This document shows positions 50,401 through 62,214 of a DNA stretch of 64,000 nt, in pieces. This stretch comes from Octopus sinensis. Lineage: Eukaryota. Below the pieces are notes generated by a model, which saw only the letters and a list, made by a program, of their open reading frames with translations, ran no database searches and was not told where the DNA came from. The stretch spans positions 51,646,001 to 51,710,000 of the forward strand of contig NC_042997.1 in NCBI RefSeq assembly GCF_006345805.1, given 5' to 3'. How positions within the stretch are numbered: the first letter of the stretch is position 1; each line of letters starts with the position of its first letter. The translations under genes were made by a program, and so were the position numbers.

Positions 50401-53400
50401 TGGCAGTCTATAAATAGGATTTAGTATTTATCTCTAACAGATAGGTAAATTTAAAAACATAGGATAAAGTGCCCTGTTCAAAAGCAAATATCTGAATAAA
50501 TTTGAAATCAAGACTTAGGAGACACGGATATGTCAATTTTGCCATTTCAGCTCTCCTTTCTATAATAAAATTATTTTAAAAAATTGGTAAGAATGGAATT
50601 AAATTTTAAAAAATCAATATAGAGAAAATATACCTGTGAACAGCTGGCAATAATGCTTTTGGGGAGACCAATTGAAGGAGCCCAAGCAACATCTCTTACC
50701 CAATCATTATGACTTTCTAGTTTCTGTTCAGAAACCCATTGTCCATCTTCAGATTCCCTAAACAATGAAGAATAATATATAATTCATTCAAGAAAAAAAA
50801 CAAATGTGATGCAAGACTTTTAAATGAATGAACAAGAATTGAAAATTTGATCACTGCTAATAAAACAAACACTAATTTTGTATTTCATTTCTATTTATAT
50901 GAAAGATATTATTATTATAATTCAGTGTCCACTTTTCCATTTGTGTAATGGGTCAGACAGATGGAATTTGTTGAAGCAGATTCTTGTCACTAAACCTTAT
51001 CTGTTTCCAGATAAAGTAATATTTCACCATGGTCAGACATATTTTCCACAGACTGGGAACTACCATCACCTGTATGACAGATGCATATTTACAACCATCA
51101 TGTGATGTCAGGACAACAAGCACACACACATATATCTATATATATAAATATGTAATGGTGTCTGTGTGTGTTTGGGGTTACTCTAGCTCCTTCCACACTG
51201 TTCAACCGATTTTAATGATTTTTAGCATAGAGGTAGATCACATGACCTTAAGATCAAACAAGGCCGGAATTTTTTAAAAACTCGATAATGCTCAGTTGGC
51301 ATTGATTTTCGTGAGCTCAATTGGGTGTTTGAATGGAAATGCCCATAATGATGTTATTTTTCTTCGAGCTCTTGCATTTTTTGTTCGATTTTAATGAAAA
51401 TCAATGAGTGAGGCTCATGGCAGTGAGTTGATGTCAGTATATGGCGTTGACAAAAAATCGATAATTGCACCTGAGAAGTGGTTTTATAAAATCAATATGC
51501 ATTTTGTGTGCAAATACGCATAGGCATTTTATTTTTGGCCGTAACTTTTATATTTTTTATCCAATTTTAATGAAATTTGAGAGGTAGGTAAATTTTGTAG
51601 TGGGGGAGATGGTAAAGGTGCTTATTTAATTCAAAAGGACACAAATGCATAAAAGCATTTCCTTAGTGACATTCTTATCAATTTTCTAGAAATATTACAC
51701 GTGATTAAAATTCATGTCCATTAGTTGATGCCAGCATGAAGAGTTGACAAAAAAAAATGATACTTGTGTGTGAGCAGGGAATTTTAAGAAATGAATAGGC
51801 TTTTTGTATGCAATTACCTATAGAATTAATATGTTAGGACGTAACTTTTACAGAGTTCATCTGATTTGATGAAATTTGACATTTATGTAAACATTATGGT
51901 GGGAGTCATGTCAAAATTCACTCACAATAAAATAATGAACTGATTTTGAAGAAAATTGACCCATGAGTAAAATTAAGCACTTCAACATATAAAACATTGA
52001 TTATTCATATAATGAATAGGGATTTAAAAATGAATGGGATATTTTCATGTAAATGGTCACATGGATTCTATTTTATGACATAACCATAACACTTTTTTTC
52101 GGATTTTGCTGAGATTGGACATGCTGACCATTTTTGTACAGAGGGTGGCATTAACAGCAGAGAAATAAACAAACATCACACCCAATGGGTCGCAGTATAC
52201 CCAAAAGTTTGACTGCGATTTCAGATATTCCAGTGTGTAGGAACGTGTTGAAAGCGTTAACCGGGTAAAATCCCTGCTGAACCAGACATAACAGCTTAAT
52301 GGGTAAAAGTGAGCATGAATAATGTAGACAATTTCGATCAAGGTAAGAGGTGGGCTTAACTTCAACATGGATAACATGAGCAACACCGGGTCTAACAGCT
52401 AGTATATATACACATAAATATAGCCATATATTTTTTTTTATTTTTTATTTTATTTTTATCTAGTTTCAGCTCACAAGCTGTGGCCATGCTGGGGCACCGC
52501 CATTTGGTGTTGCTACATGATTTTACTTCACGAATGCTTTTTAGCAATTGCCATTTGGTTCATGAGAGAGTGCATGTGTATATATATACACACATATATA
52601 TAATTACATATATATGTGTGTGTACATATATATACATATGGACATGTATATATACGTATATATCATCATCATCGTTTAACATCTGTTTTCCATGCTAGCA
52701 TGGGTTGGATGGTTCGACCGGGGTCTGGGAAGCCAAGAGGCTGCACCAGGCTCCAGTCTGATCTGGCAGAGTCTCTACAGCTGGATGCCTTTCCTAACGG
52801 CAACTACTACGTGAGTGTAGTGGGTGCTTTTTATGTGCCATGGGAGGCTGGCAGCGGCCACAATCGGTTGGTGCTTTTTACGTGCCACCAGCACGGAAGC
52901 CAGTCAAGGCAGCACTGGCATCGGCCACGTTCAGATGGTACATTTTACATGCCACCGGCACAGGTATCACAACTACAACTTCCATTTGATGTTGATGTAC
53001 TTGACTGAATAGGTCTCCTCAAGCACAGCAGGTCGCCCTACGATCCAAGGTAAGCACAGCAGGCCATCCTGCAATCCAAGGTACTTTGGATGGGCTGGGG
53101 CTGCTATGGGAAGCTGGTGCAGGAAATAGCCATGAACTCATGGTATTTGTCAGGTCTTCGCAGTCACAACATATATCCAGAGATCTCGGTCTTTCGTCAT
53201 TGCCTCTGTGAGGCCCAACATCCGAATGTCATGCTTCACCACCTCATCCCATGTCTTCCTGAGTCTCCCTCTTCCACAGGTTCTTTCCACTGTTAGGGAG
53301 TGACACTTTTTCACACATCTATCCTCATCCATCCATTGTACATGACCATACCAGCGCAAACATCTCTCTTGCATGCCACATCTGATGCTTCTTATGTCCA

Positions 53401-56400
53401 GCATTTCTCTCAGGGCGCTTACACTCTGACGTGCGTGCACACTGACATTACACATCCAGCGGATCATGCTAGCTTCATTTCTTTCAAACCTACGCATGTC
53501 CTCTGCAGTCACAGCCCATGTTTCACTACTGTGAAGCATGGCAGTTTGCACACATGCATTGTACAATCTACCTTTCACTCTGAGCGAGAGATCCTTTGTC
53601 ACCAGTCGGGGTAGAAGCTTTCTAAACTTTTCCCAGTCTATTTCGTATTCTAGTGGTGACACTCTCTGAGCATCCACACCCACTACTAACTTGGTCACCC
53701 AGGTAGCGAAAACTATCAACTACTTCTAGTTTTTTCCCCTGGAGAGTGATGGAATCTGCTTTCTGAGTATCTGTGGTGTCTATTGCCCCTGTGCATCTGC
53801 TGCACACAAAAGCTATCTTCTCAGTTAATTTTCTTTTGATGTTGCTGCACCTCTTATGCGTCCATAGCTTACACTGGGTACATCTTATGGAGTTTCTACC
53901 CACACCTTTTCTACAGATCGAGCAGGACCACCTACCTGGGGATGTGTGTGATGAGTTCACCTTCCTACTTACTATAACTTTGGTCTTTGCTACATTGATT
54001 CTAAGGCCTTTTGATTCTAAACCTAGCTTCCACACCCGAAATTTCTTTTCTAGTTCCGGTAGTGATTCTGCTATGAGGGCCAGGTCATCAGCGTAGAGGA
54101 GCTCCCAGGGGCAACCCATCTTGAATTCCTCTGTTATTGTCTGGTGGACCATGATGAATAAAAGGAGACTGAGGGCTGCACCTTGGTGGACCCCTACTTT
54201 TACCCGGAATTCTTCACTATACTCGTTGCCAATCCTAACCTTACTAACGGCCTCTCTGTATAGGGCCTGTACAGCCCTTATTAACCATCCGTCAATCTCC
54301 AGTTTCCACATTGCCCACCAGATAAGGGATCAGGGAGCCCTGTCAAAGGCTTTCTCCAAGTCCACGAAAGCTAAGTAGGAGGGGTTTATTTTTAACTAGG
54401 TATTTCTCCTGCAGTGGTCAAACCAGGAATATGGCATCAGTGGTGCTTCTACCTGGCACAAAACCGAACTGCTTCTCATCTAAGCAGACTCTCTTCCTCA
54501 TGAGATGGGCTATGACCCTCTCTGTGACCTTCATCACCTGATCCAGTAGTTTGATACCCCTGTACTTATTTCTATCAAGAGCATCACCTTTATCCTTGTA
54601 GCAGTTGACTATGGTGCTGCTACGCCAGTCATTGGGTATGATTCCATTATGAACTGCCTGGTTTACAAAGCGGGTGACTAGGCCATAGCCAACACCATCA
54701 GATGTTTTAAGCATCTCAGCAGTGATTCCTGATGGGCTGGGGCTTTTCCTGGTTTCATACCCTTAATTGCTTTATCTACTAATGACTTGTCTATTGGGAT
54801 AGCTGGTCCCTCTACTGGGTCAACATTTGGCAGGCTCTCCTCCTTCCATTCATTCTCCACATTCAGCAGTCTTTCATAATGGCTTCTCCAAGCCTTTCTT
54901 TCTTTTCAGAAACATTAAAAGCAAGTGCACCATCATCCATGCAGATGCATTTCTCTCCTGCTACATCACAATTTTCTCTCACACAGTCTATGCACACACG
55001 CACACACATACATACATATACATATACATATATATACACACATATATATACATAGATACACACACATATCTACTACATATGTGGAAAATCAGTGTGTGTT
55101 TGTTTGTGGCGTTGTTAGCCAACTCCTCCTACATCATTTTATTGATTTTGATGAATCTTGACACGTGAGTAGAACTCATGTCTGGAAACCTCATGACATA
55201 CTCAGATTGTTGAAAACATCGATAACACGGCCCATATGAATCACGACTATAAGATACCCGAATTTGGTTAAACTGCACCACAAAATGTGGGAGTAGTTAG
55301 GAATCTAAATCGAAGGGGACAGACACTCACACAACTAGAGTTTTATATATACAGATATAAGAAACTGAAATTTTCTCAGACTTACTTCCAGATTTTAACA
55401 AGATTATCGCAACCACCAGAAACAAATCGTTTGCAGGCCTGCTGCCGACCAGTCTGTTCTACCAGAGAACTTGGAGCAATAGCATTAGCCCAGGAGACAG
55501 CATTACAACCGCTCTGGAAAATATGTAATAAGCAAATTGAAATGTAAAATGAAAAATATTTAAATATTCAAGAGAGAGAAAATTATAAAAAAAAAAAAAA
55601 ATTATACACAAATTTAAAAGTAATTATTCTGAATCTGCTAATGTAACTGAACATAAAACTGGTAGAAGTAATGAAGGCTGGGATGCAGGATGTATATATT
55701 AAACTAAGACAGAGACATATTATCCAATGTGTTTCTGCCTCGTCTACAACTGCTAACTCTCCTCCTCACTGATACTCCTACATCTCTCTATCTATCATTT
55801 TCCTGTCATTCTCACAATCTCTCTGCACACTTTTATCTAGTCACTATACTACGCTGCCAGTGTGTCTAAAGATAGCAGTGGATTTTTCCTATTCACTGTA
55901 CCTATTTCTTTACTACCCACAAGGGGCTAAACATAGAGAGGACAAACAAGGACAGACAAACGGGTTAAGTCGATTATATCGACTCCAGTACGTAACTGGT
56001 ACTTATTTAATCGACCCTGAAAAGATGAAAGGCAAAGTCGACCTCGGCGGAATTTTAACTCAGAATGTAACGGCAGACGAACTACGGCTACGCATTTCGC
56101 CCGGCGTGCTAACGTTTCTGCCAGCTCACCGCCTTCTATTCACTGTACCATGCCACCTATATACCAAGAAATGGCGTTGGACCAACCCATATTAAATCCA
56201 CTCTTTCACTATCCCTTTTACTCCACATCTACTTGCACATCAAGAGGCCTCTGTGTGGGAGGTTGCATTGGATGTGTTTTTACTCCATAACCCTACCGTC
56301 ACTCTTTCTCTATGACTAGCTGTCATTCCTTCTTCCCCGAATCACTTGTAATTGGTATCCCTTGTTTTCATCCAGCACTATCTCTCTCCTACCACCCTCT

Positions 56401-59247
56401 CACCCCAATCACTTTGCTTCTATCATCATACTCAACCTTGCTCACCCACTTACCTTCACATTAGTCTCATTGCTGAGAGTTAACAAGCACATCATGCAGA
56501 AGTAAGAACTCTTTAAACTTTTGGGTTACCAAGAAACCCCACTAGCTTCAAGAGGATGACGTGTTGGGTTAGTGACATAATGAGTGGGCAAAGGAGGGTG
56601 AAGATCTATATGAAGCTAATTCACTTTCATTTTGTTTGGCATTAGAACTGTTATGATTTTGTTCAGTTTACTGATTTGGAAATTTGACAATGTTGAAAAT
56701 ATTATCTGATGCAAACATTTGCTTGGAGTTAGAGTGTGCATATATTATTTAAGGTTGTTAGTGTGACCTGAAGTGTGGTGTGGTTGTAATAGTTAAAATA
56801 CCCATCAATACACTAAACGCCCTTATTGCTACAAACCTGCAACTTGTTTACTGTACTTTTAAATGGGGTCCAAACTGTACCAACAAGTCATTCATATAAA
56901 TCTATCTTTTTCAGTTCTCACAACATTTTAGAACATGAGAACTTTTCAGAACCATCTCTATGTTATCAAATGCAAAGTGAAATTGTTTATTAACTGTTTC
57001 AGAAACGTCTTGCAGCAGTTTCACCATAAATATAGCATCTGTGGAGTTACATCCAAATAAAATCCAAAACTCCACCCACCCTTCCTTTATCTGATACTAA
57101 TTTCATGATTTGGTCCACCAAATTAACACCTTTATAATCTTCCACTCCTTTGTATGTCTCCTTTACCTTTATAACATTTGATCACCATAAATGCTAAGAT
57201 AACAACTTCCTACACAACTTTATTAAGTGTCTGAAAAGACAGCAGGATATGATGACAGCAATAAACTTAACTACTTACAGAGTGAGCATTCATGATTTTC
57301 TTTGTGTCCCAATCTCCTTCACCTGCAAAATAAAATTTAAAATAATGTAAAAATAACAAAGCACTGAGGTGAGAACAGAAAATAGGAATAACATAAAATA
57401 TAAACTTACCTGGACTTGAGATAATTGAGATGGAGCCATCTGAACTTGCACAAGCCAACATCAGACCAAATTCATGTGGAGCAAAGCAGACAGAATTGAC
57501 TGAAATAGATTAAATTCTTATGCAAATTTTTTTGTCTAGTGATAAATTACCATGATGGTAAGATGTAATTTGAGGGAGATTTTACAGTTATTTCAATTAG
57601 ATCAAGCAATCACATAGAAGCTCCTTCATTGACTTACTCTATAATTGTTGAATATTTAAGGTATAAGTTAAACACTGGAATTTGTTAGGAGCAAAACACT
57701 TTTAGCATATTTAAACTACCCTACATAACTGGAAAACAAGAATCTCCAGAGAGCCTTTATGTGGTTTCTTCACTTGCAAGATGTAGCAGCCAAATTTCTC
57801 TCAAATCATTCTTTCAAAAAGGGGAAAAAGTATGATACAAGAAAATACCCAAAGGTAAACAAGCATCTCTCACATTTCAATATCCATACATCACAGCAAG
57901 GCATATTGTAAAAACACCTAGATAGTTGTAGACATTTACATCTGAAAACCTGCCCAACACAACAATATGGGTAAAAAAAATCATACACAGTAAACGTTCT
58001 AATCAATAAATATACGCTTAATGACATTGTGAATTTTATTATTAAATGTGTTATTTACCTGAGGAATCATGATTTGAATATTCATAGAGTTTGGCCCAAG
58101 TGCCATTGGTTTCTTTCCATATTATGACTTTACGATCATAACTACAGGATGCTAGCAAACATCCAAACATAGGATGTGCCCATGCTAACTGCCAGACAGG
58201 TCCATCATGTCTAAAGAGAATTTTAAGAAAAGATTTCAGTTTTCAAATGCAAAAAGTTAAACCCATAGCTTTTAGAAAAGTGTTAATGAACTGAAGACAA
58301 CTTCTAGGCATGGGATTATATATTTAATACCAATTTGATGACACCATATACAGCATATGGTCTGTCCTGATAGAGATGAGACCCACTTCAAGAGATGATA
58401 TCTATGTTCTTAGCTTATCATCTCTCTTAAAAGCCATTCAAGAAGAGTTTTTGAAAGCCAAGCAAGAGTACCTGGCAAGAATGACCAACAGATTGCATCT
58501 CATCCAGTTCTCTTTTTGTTGAAGAACAGCTTCACTTTTCTCAAATTCCTCTTTTCACAGTTCAGTACATCATGCTATCTTCAATCACATCAAAAACAAT
58601 ACATGTGTATGCTATGTCCAAGATACATTTTATCATCATCATTTTATGTCGGCTTTGAATGCTGATATGGTTGGACAGGTTGTTTATATGGTGTCATCAC
58701 TCATCAAGGAGTGTATCATCTTGTACATACAACAACAGAAAAAAATTAGCCACCTTATTTGTGCATGTCTTACAGCCTAGAGGGTGTGTTTTATCATGCT
58801 ACTGGCACTAGAGAGGTCATCCCATAGAAGAGGACAAAGGTGCCCCTTCTACCTTATATCAGTACTTATTTGGAGTTACTCTCAACCTTGAGGGAGTCTG
58901 CAATGCAACTTGCAGATTCCACATGTCACTCATAAGTTCTTTTCTTAATGTATGTATGACACACACACTCACACACATTAGTGATACACATTCAAAATAA
59001 TTAATTGCAGGGAACTATATATTGGTTTACTTTACAATTTTCAACTACTTCCAAATGCAATGTGGAATTATTTATCAATGTTTAAAGAAAAATTATAAAT
59101 AGCATGTTAACATTTTATATCAAATACTTACGCTTTCAAATCAGCCTGAAGTGTCTGGCTGCCATTTCTGACATCAAATATTTTCACAGATTTATCAGAA
59201 GAACATGTTGCTAGCTTATTGCCATAATAATCCATTTGAGCATCATG
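47321..59247 (-). CDS. SEC13: SEC13 (COPII/Nup84/GATOR2 WD40 protein), 8 coding exons; 5' exons probably outside the window
   Basis: Exons 59132-59247, 58059-58210, 57410-57499, 57279-57322, 55386-55513, 50634-50757, 48783-48926, 47321-47410 (888 nt, one frame, GT-AG). Translation [26 protein letters not shown]...[16 protein letters not shown]...[17 protein letters not shown]...[18 protein letters not shown] is clearly SEC13. Confidence 0.97.
48783..48926 (-). CDS. SEC13: SEC13 exon ([11 protein letters not shown]...LAVSGGDNK)
   Basis: tctcag acceptor, AAG|gtaagt donor, 144 nt. Confidence 0.96.
49250..49632 (+). mobile_element. tRNA-derived SINE family C
   Basis: Head ggcggaatggcccagtggttagggcagc...ggtttcgattccc with A/B boxes; single copy here. 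Confidence 0.75.
50634..50757 (-). CDS. SEC13: SEC13 exon ([41 protein letters not shown])
   Basis: gtttag acceptor, CAG|gtatat donor, 124 nt. Confidence 0.96.
51135..52402 (+). mobile_element. Non-autonomous Helitron-like element
   Basis: A|TCTATATATATAAA 5' end; ...caacaccgggtctaacagCTAG|T 3' end; internal repeats. A related 5' end lies at ~55070-55290. Confidence 0.62.
52664..54960 (-). mobile_element. 5'-truncated RTE LINE (second subfamily), frameshifted
   Basis: ORFs 54418-54714, 53622-54311 ([14 protein letters not shown]4HC3 finger), 53150-53719; (CAT)n tail. Confidence 0.95.
55386..55513 (-). CDS. SEC13: SEC13 exon ([43 protein letters not shown])
   Basis: tttccag acceptor, AA|gtaagt donor, 128 nt. 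Confidence 0.95.
57279..57322 (-). CDS. SEC13: SEC13 exon ([15 protein letters not shown])
   Basis: tttgcag acceptor, |gtaagt donor, 44 nt. Confidence 0.9.
57410..57499 (-). CDS. SEC13: SEC13 exon ([30 protein letters not shown])
   Basis: tttcag acceptor, G|gtaagt donor, 90 nt. Confidence 0.93.
58059..58210 (-). CDS. SEC13: SEC13 exon ([13 protein letters not shown]...HDSS)
   Basis: tttag acceptor, G|gtaaat donor, 152 nt. Confidence 0.95.
59132..59247 (-). CDS. SEC13: SEC13 exon (HDAQMDYYG...LKA)
   Basis: tttag acceptor, GC|gtaag donor, 116 nt. Confidence 0.95.
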
Positions 59248-59439
59248 CTAAACAGAAAAATAATAAATGAGACAAATAAACATATTTTTGTGTGTTGGTA
59301 TGGGTTAGACAAGTCACAACAATACACATAGTCTTGCACACACAACAGAAAACTGGCCAATTTTGGTGTTATGTATGTTTTACAGTGTGAAAAGGATGTG
59401 TTTTATCATGTCACCAGCATTAGAGAAGTTATCTCATGT

Positions 59440-59725
59440 GAGGATGCCAGTGCCGCCTAACTGGTCCTGTGCCGGTGGCATGTAAAAAGCACCATTTTAG
59501 TGTGGTCGATGCCAGTATCACCTGACTGGCCCTTGTGCTGGTGGCACATAAAAAACACCCACTACACTCTCAGAGTGGTTGGCATTAGGAAGGGCATCCA
59601 GCTGTAGAAACATTGCCAGATCAGATTGGAGTCTGGTGCAGCCTTCTGGCTTGCCAGCCCTCAGTTAAACCGTCCAACCCATGTTAGCATGGAAAGCGGA
59701 TGTTAAACGGCGGAGGAGGAGGATG
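59440..59725 (+). mobile_element. RTE 3' end
   Basis: 3'UTR, with a (GGA)n/(GAT) tail. Confidence 0.85.
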
Positions 59726-60439
59726 ATAAAAACTCTTTTGCCAACTGTCGTTTCTTATTTACAGTTACCACTCTCCAAGAAGACTAGCTTATGGTGTGAT
59801 TTGTGAAGCTTGATGTCAAAAATCATTCTGAAGTCAAGTTATTTCTATGACTTGATGCCCTCCCTATCACTAAACACTTTCCCATACAGAGTGACCAAGA
59901 CACATTTTATTGTACCCCTGGCACTAAAGAAGTTCTTAGAAAGGAAGTTTGCAATGTAGTTTGCAGAGTCCACATCACATGCACTCATTCCTCTTTGGCA
60001 TATATATATACCTATGTGTGTGCATGAATGGTGTTAGATTCATTGCTTGCTTCAGTGACGAACATTCGGCTGTTCCATAAACTGATTCCCTATTTTTGAA
60101 ATTAGCACAAGCAGATGAGTATTCCACAGGCACATGTACTTTCATTCTGCACCACCATAGCACTATGGAAGAGGGCTTGGCTACAGAAATGCAAACACAA
60201 TCAACAGACAGACAGAGAGAAAGAGAGGATGATGATGTTAATTTCTTTACTAGCCAATGAGGGCTGACTAAAACATTGGGCATGCTATAGGGTGATGATG
60301 TAGGATTACATTAAAAAAGGGTGTAAAAAAGTAAATAACAAAAAGAAATAAAAGTTCTAATAAAGAATAATTTCCCCAAAAGTGGGAAACCTCCAAACAC
60401 TACTTGTGAACACCCCACAAAGCCAGGGTCATCCTGACC

Positions 60440-61180
60440 ACTAAGGCAAGTGCTGTCTTAGTTGTCTTCCTCCAATGTTCAGAGCAAAGTCATTCACTTG
60501 GACCACAATCACCAAATAATAATCAATCCCAGAACTAGACTGCCATTACCTTACCTCTTATTTATCATTCTCATCGTCTTGGCAAAGCTGAGAGAAAACC
60601 CCTTTGCTGCCAGCAGAGATAACAGCTCCCTGAATTTTTTGCCAACCAGTTCTTACAGTGACTAATATGCTTTCAGAACACCCATCTCAATTTCTAATTC
60701 AAATCCTAGGTAACAGAAACTATCAACTACTCCTAGACAGCTACTAGGGCACTGGAGAGTCTAGATCTTAGAACTTATTGCCCCTATGCACCACTGCATA
60801 TGATGTCTACCATATCTGTTATCCTTCCTGTGATTCCACTACATCTCTTATACTGGTTACAAGATATTGAATGCTTACACACTACTTTTCTTGATGGCGT
60901 CAAGGTCCTGTCTTTTCTCTTTGGAATTCCTTTCCCTATTCTACTACTGCTTCAATTATAAGAACTAGCTCATATGCATGGGCAACAGGCAGTAAACTCT
61001 TGCTATGGCTTAGAGGACTATAAATGAACAGAAAGAAACTGGAAACTGATCCTTGATGTACTCCTACCTTCACTATACTCATTACTAACTCTCTACACCT
61101 CTGCAAATGGCTTGTACAGCTCTCAAAAGCCATTTGTCTCTCTGTCAAAGACTTTCACAAGGTCAACAAATACCATATAT
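60440..61180 (-). mobile_element. Old degenerate RTE fragment
   Basis: [17 protein letters not shown] in ORF 60936-61148; cctaggtaacagaaactatcaact. Confidence 0.65.
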
Positions 61181-62214
61181 ATATTGTGTGTGTGAATGTC
61201 CATGAATACATGGGATATTGAAATTACAAGACTTTGCTTATCATAGCCAGTGGTATGTTCATATTCCTTGATGATATTATGACCAAAAGTTGGTGAGATG
61301 GCAGAATTGTTAGCATGCCAGGCAAAATGCTTAGTGACATTTCACCCATCTTTATGTTCTGATGTTTAAATACCACTACAGTTGACTTTGCCTTTCATCT
61401 TTTCAGGGTTCATAAAATGAGTACCAGTTGAGTACTGGGATCAATGCAATCAACTAGCCCTTTCCCCAACAATTTCAGGCCTTGTACCTTTAGTAGAAAA
61501 GATATTATGACTTGTTACTTGGTTTTTTTTTCAAAGATTTGTGGAATAAAAAAACTGTTATTTGAAAAGTTAAGGTCAAGAACTGATGACAAAAAAAAAG
61601 CATCCGAATGTAAAAGCCTACTTCAAATAAGTCCCCATCCACCCCCTGCCAGCATAGAAAAATAAACATGAAATCAACAAATGAATAATGGTCTTCAGTT
61701 CAGTTTAAGAAGTGAAATGAAGTTGCCTGCTTCCTCAGTTGACTTGCCCACAACATAAAGCTCTTAATCAAATGTCATAGAATCATCACACTGAATCCTA
61801 AAATTATCTTTAAAAAAAATTCCATTTGAAAAAAAAAAAAAACGTTCCATTTGAACTACTATAAGCCAATAAAAGATTGCACAAAATACCAAAAGGAAAT
61901 ATCCAATCAGCTTTAGAAGCTGGGTATATTATCAGCCAAAATGATTGCTTTTCTAATGCTTCATAGATCACCAAGAAATGTCAGACAGTTCACAACAGAT
62001 TAACTGCAGCCTATGTGCATTCTAATAACTTTCTGCATACATTATGTAGAAACTGCATAACATGAAGCTGTAACATTTCATTGCAGTATCAAATGAGATT
62101 TTCAGTCAGTTCAACAACAATGGTTTCAAATTTTGGTATAAGGCCAGCAATTCCAGGAGAGTTGATTATATTGACCCCAGTGCTCAATTAGTATTTATTT
62201 TATTGGCTCAAAAT

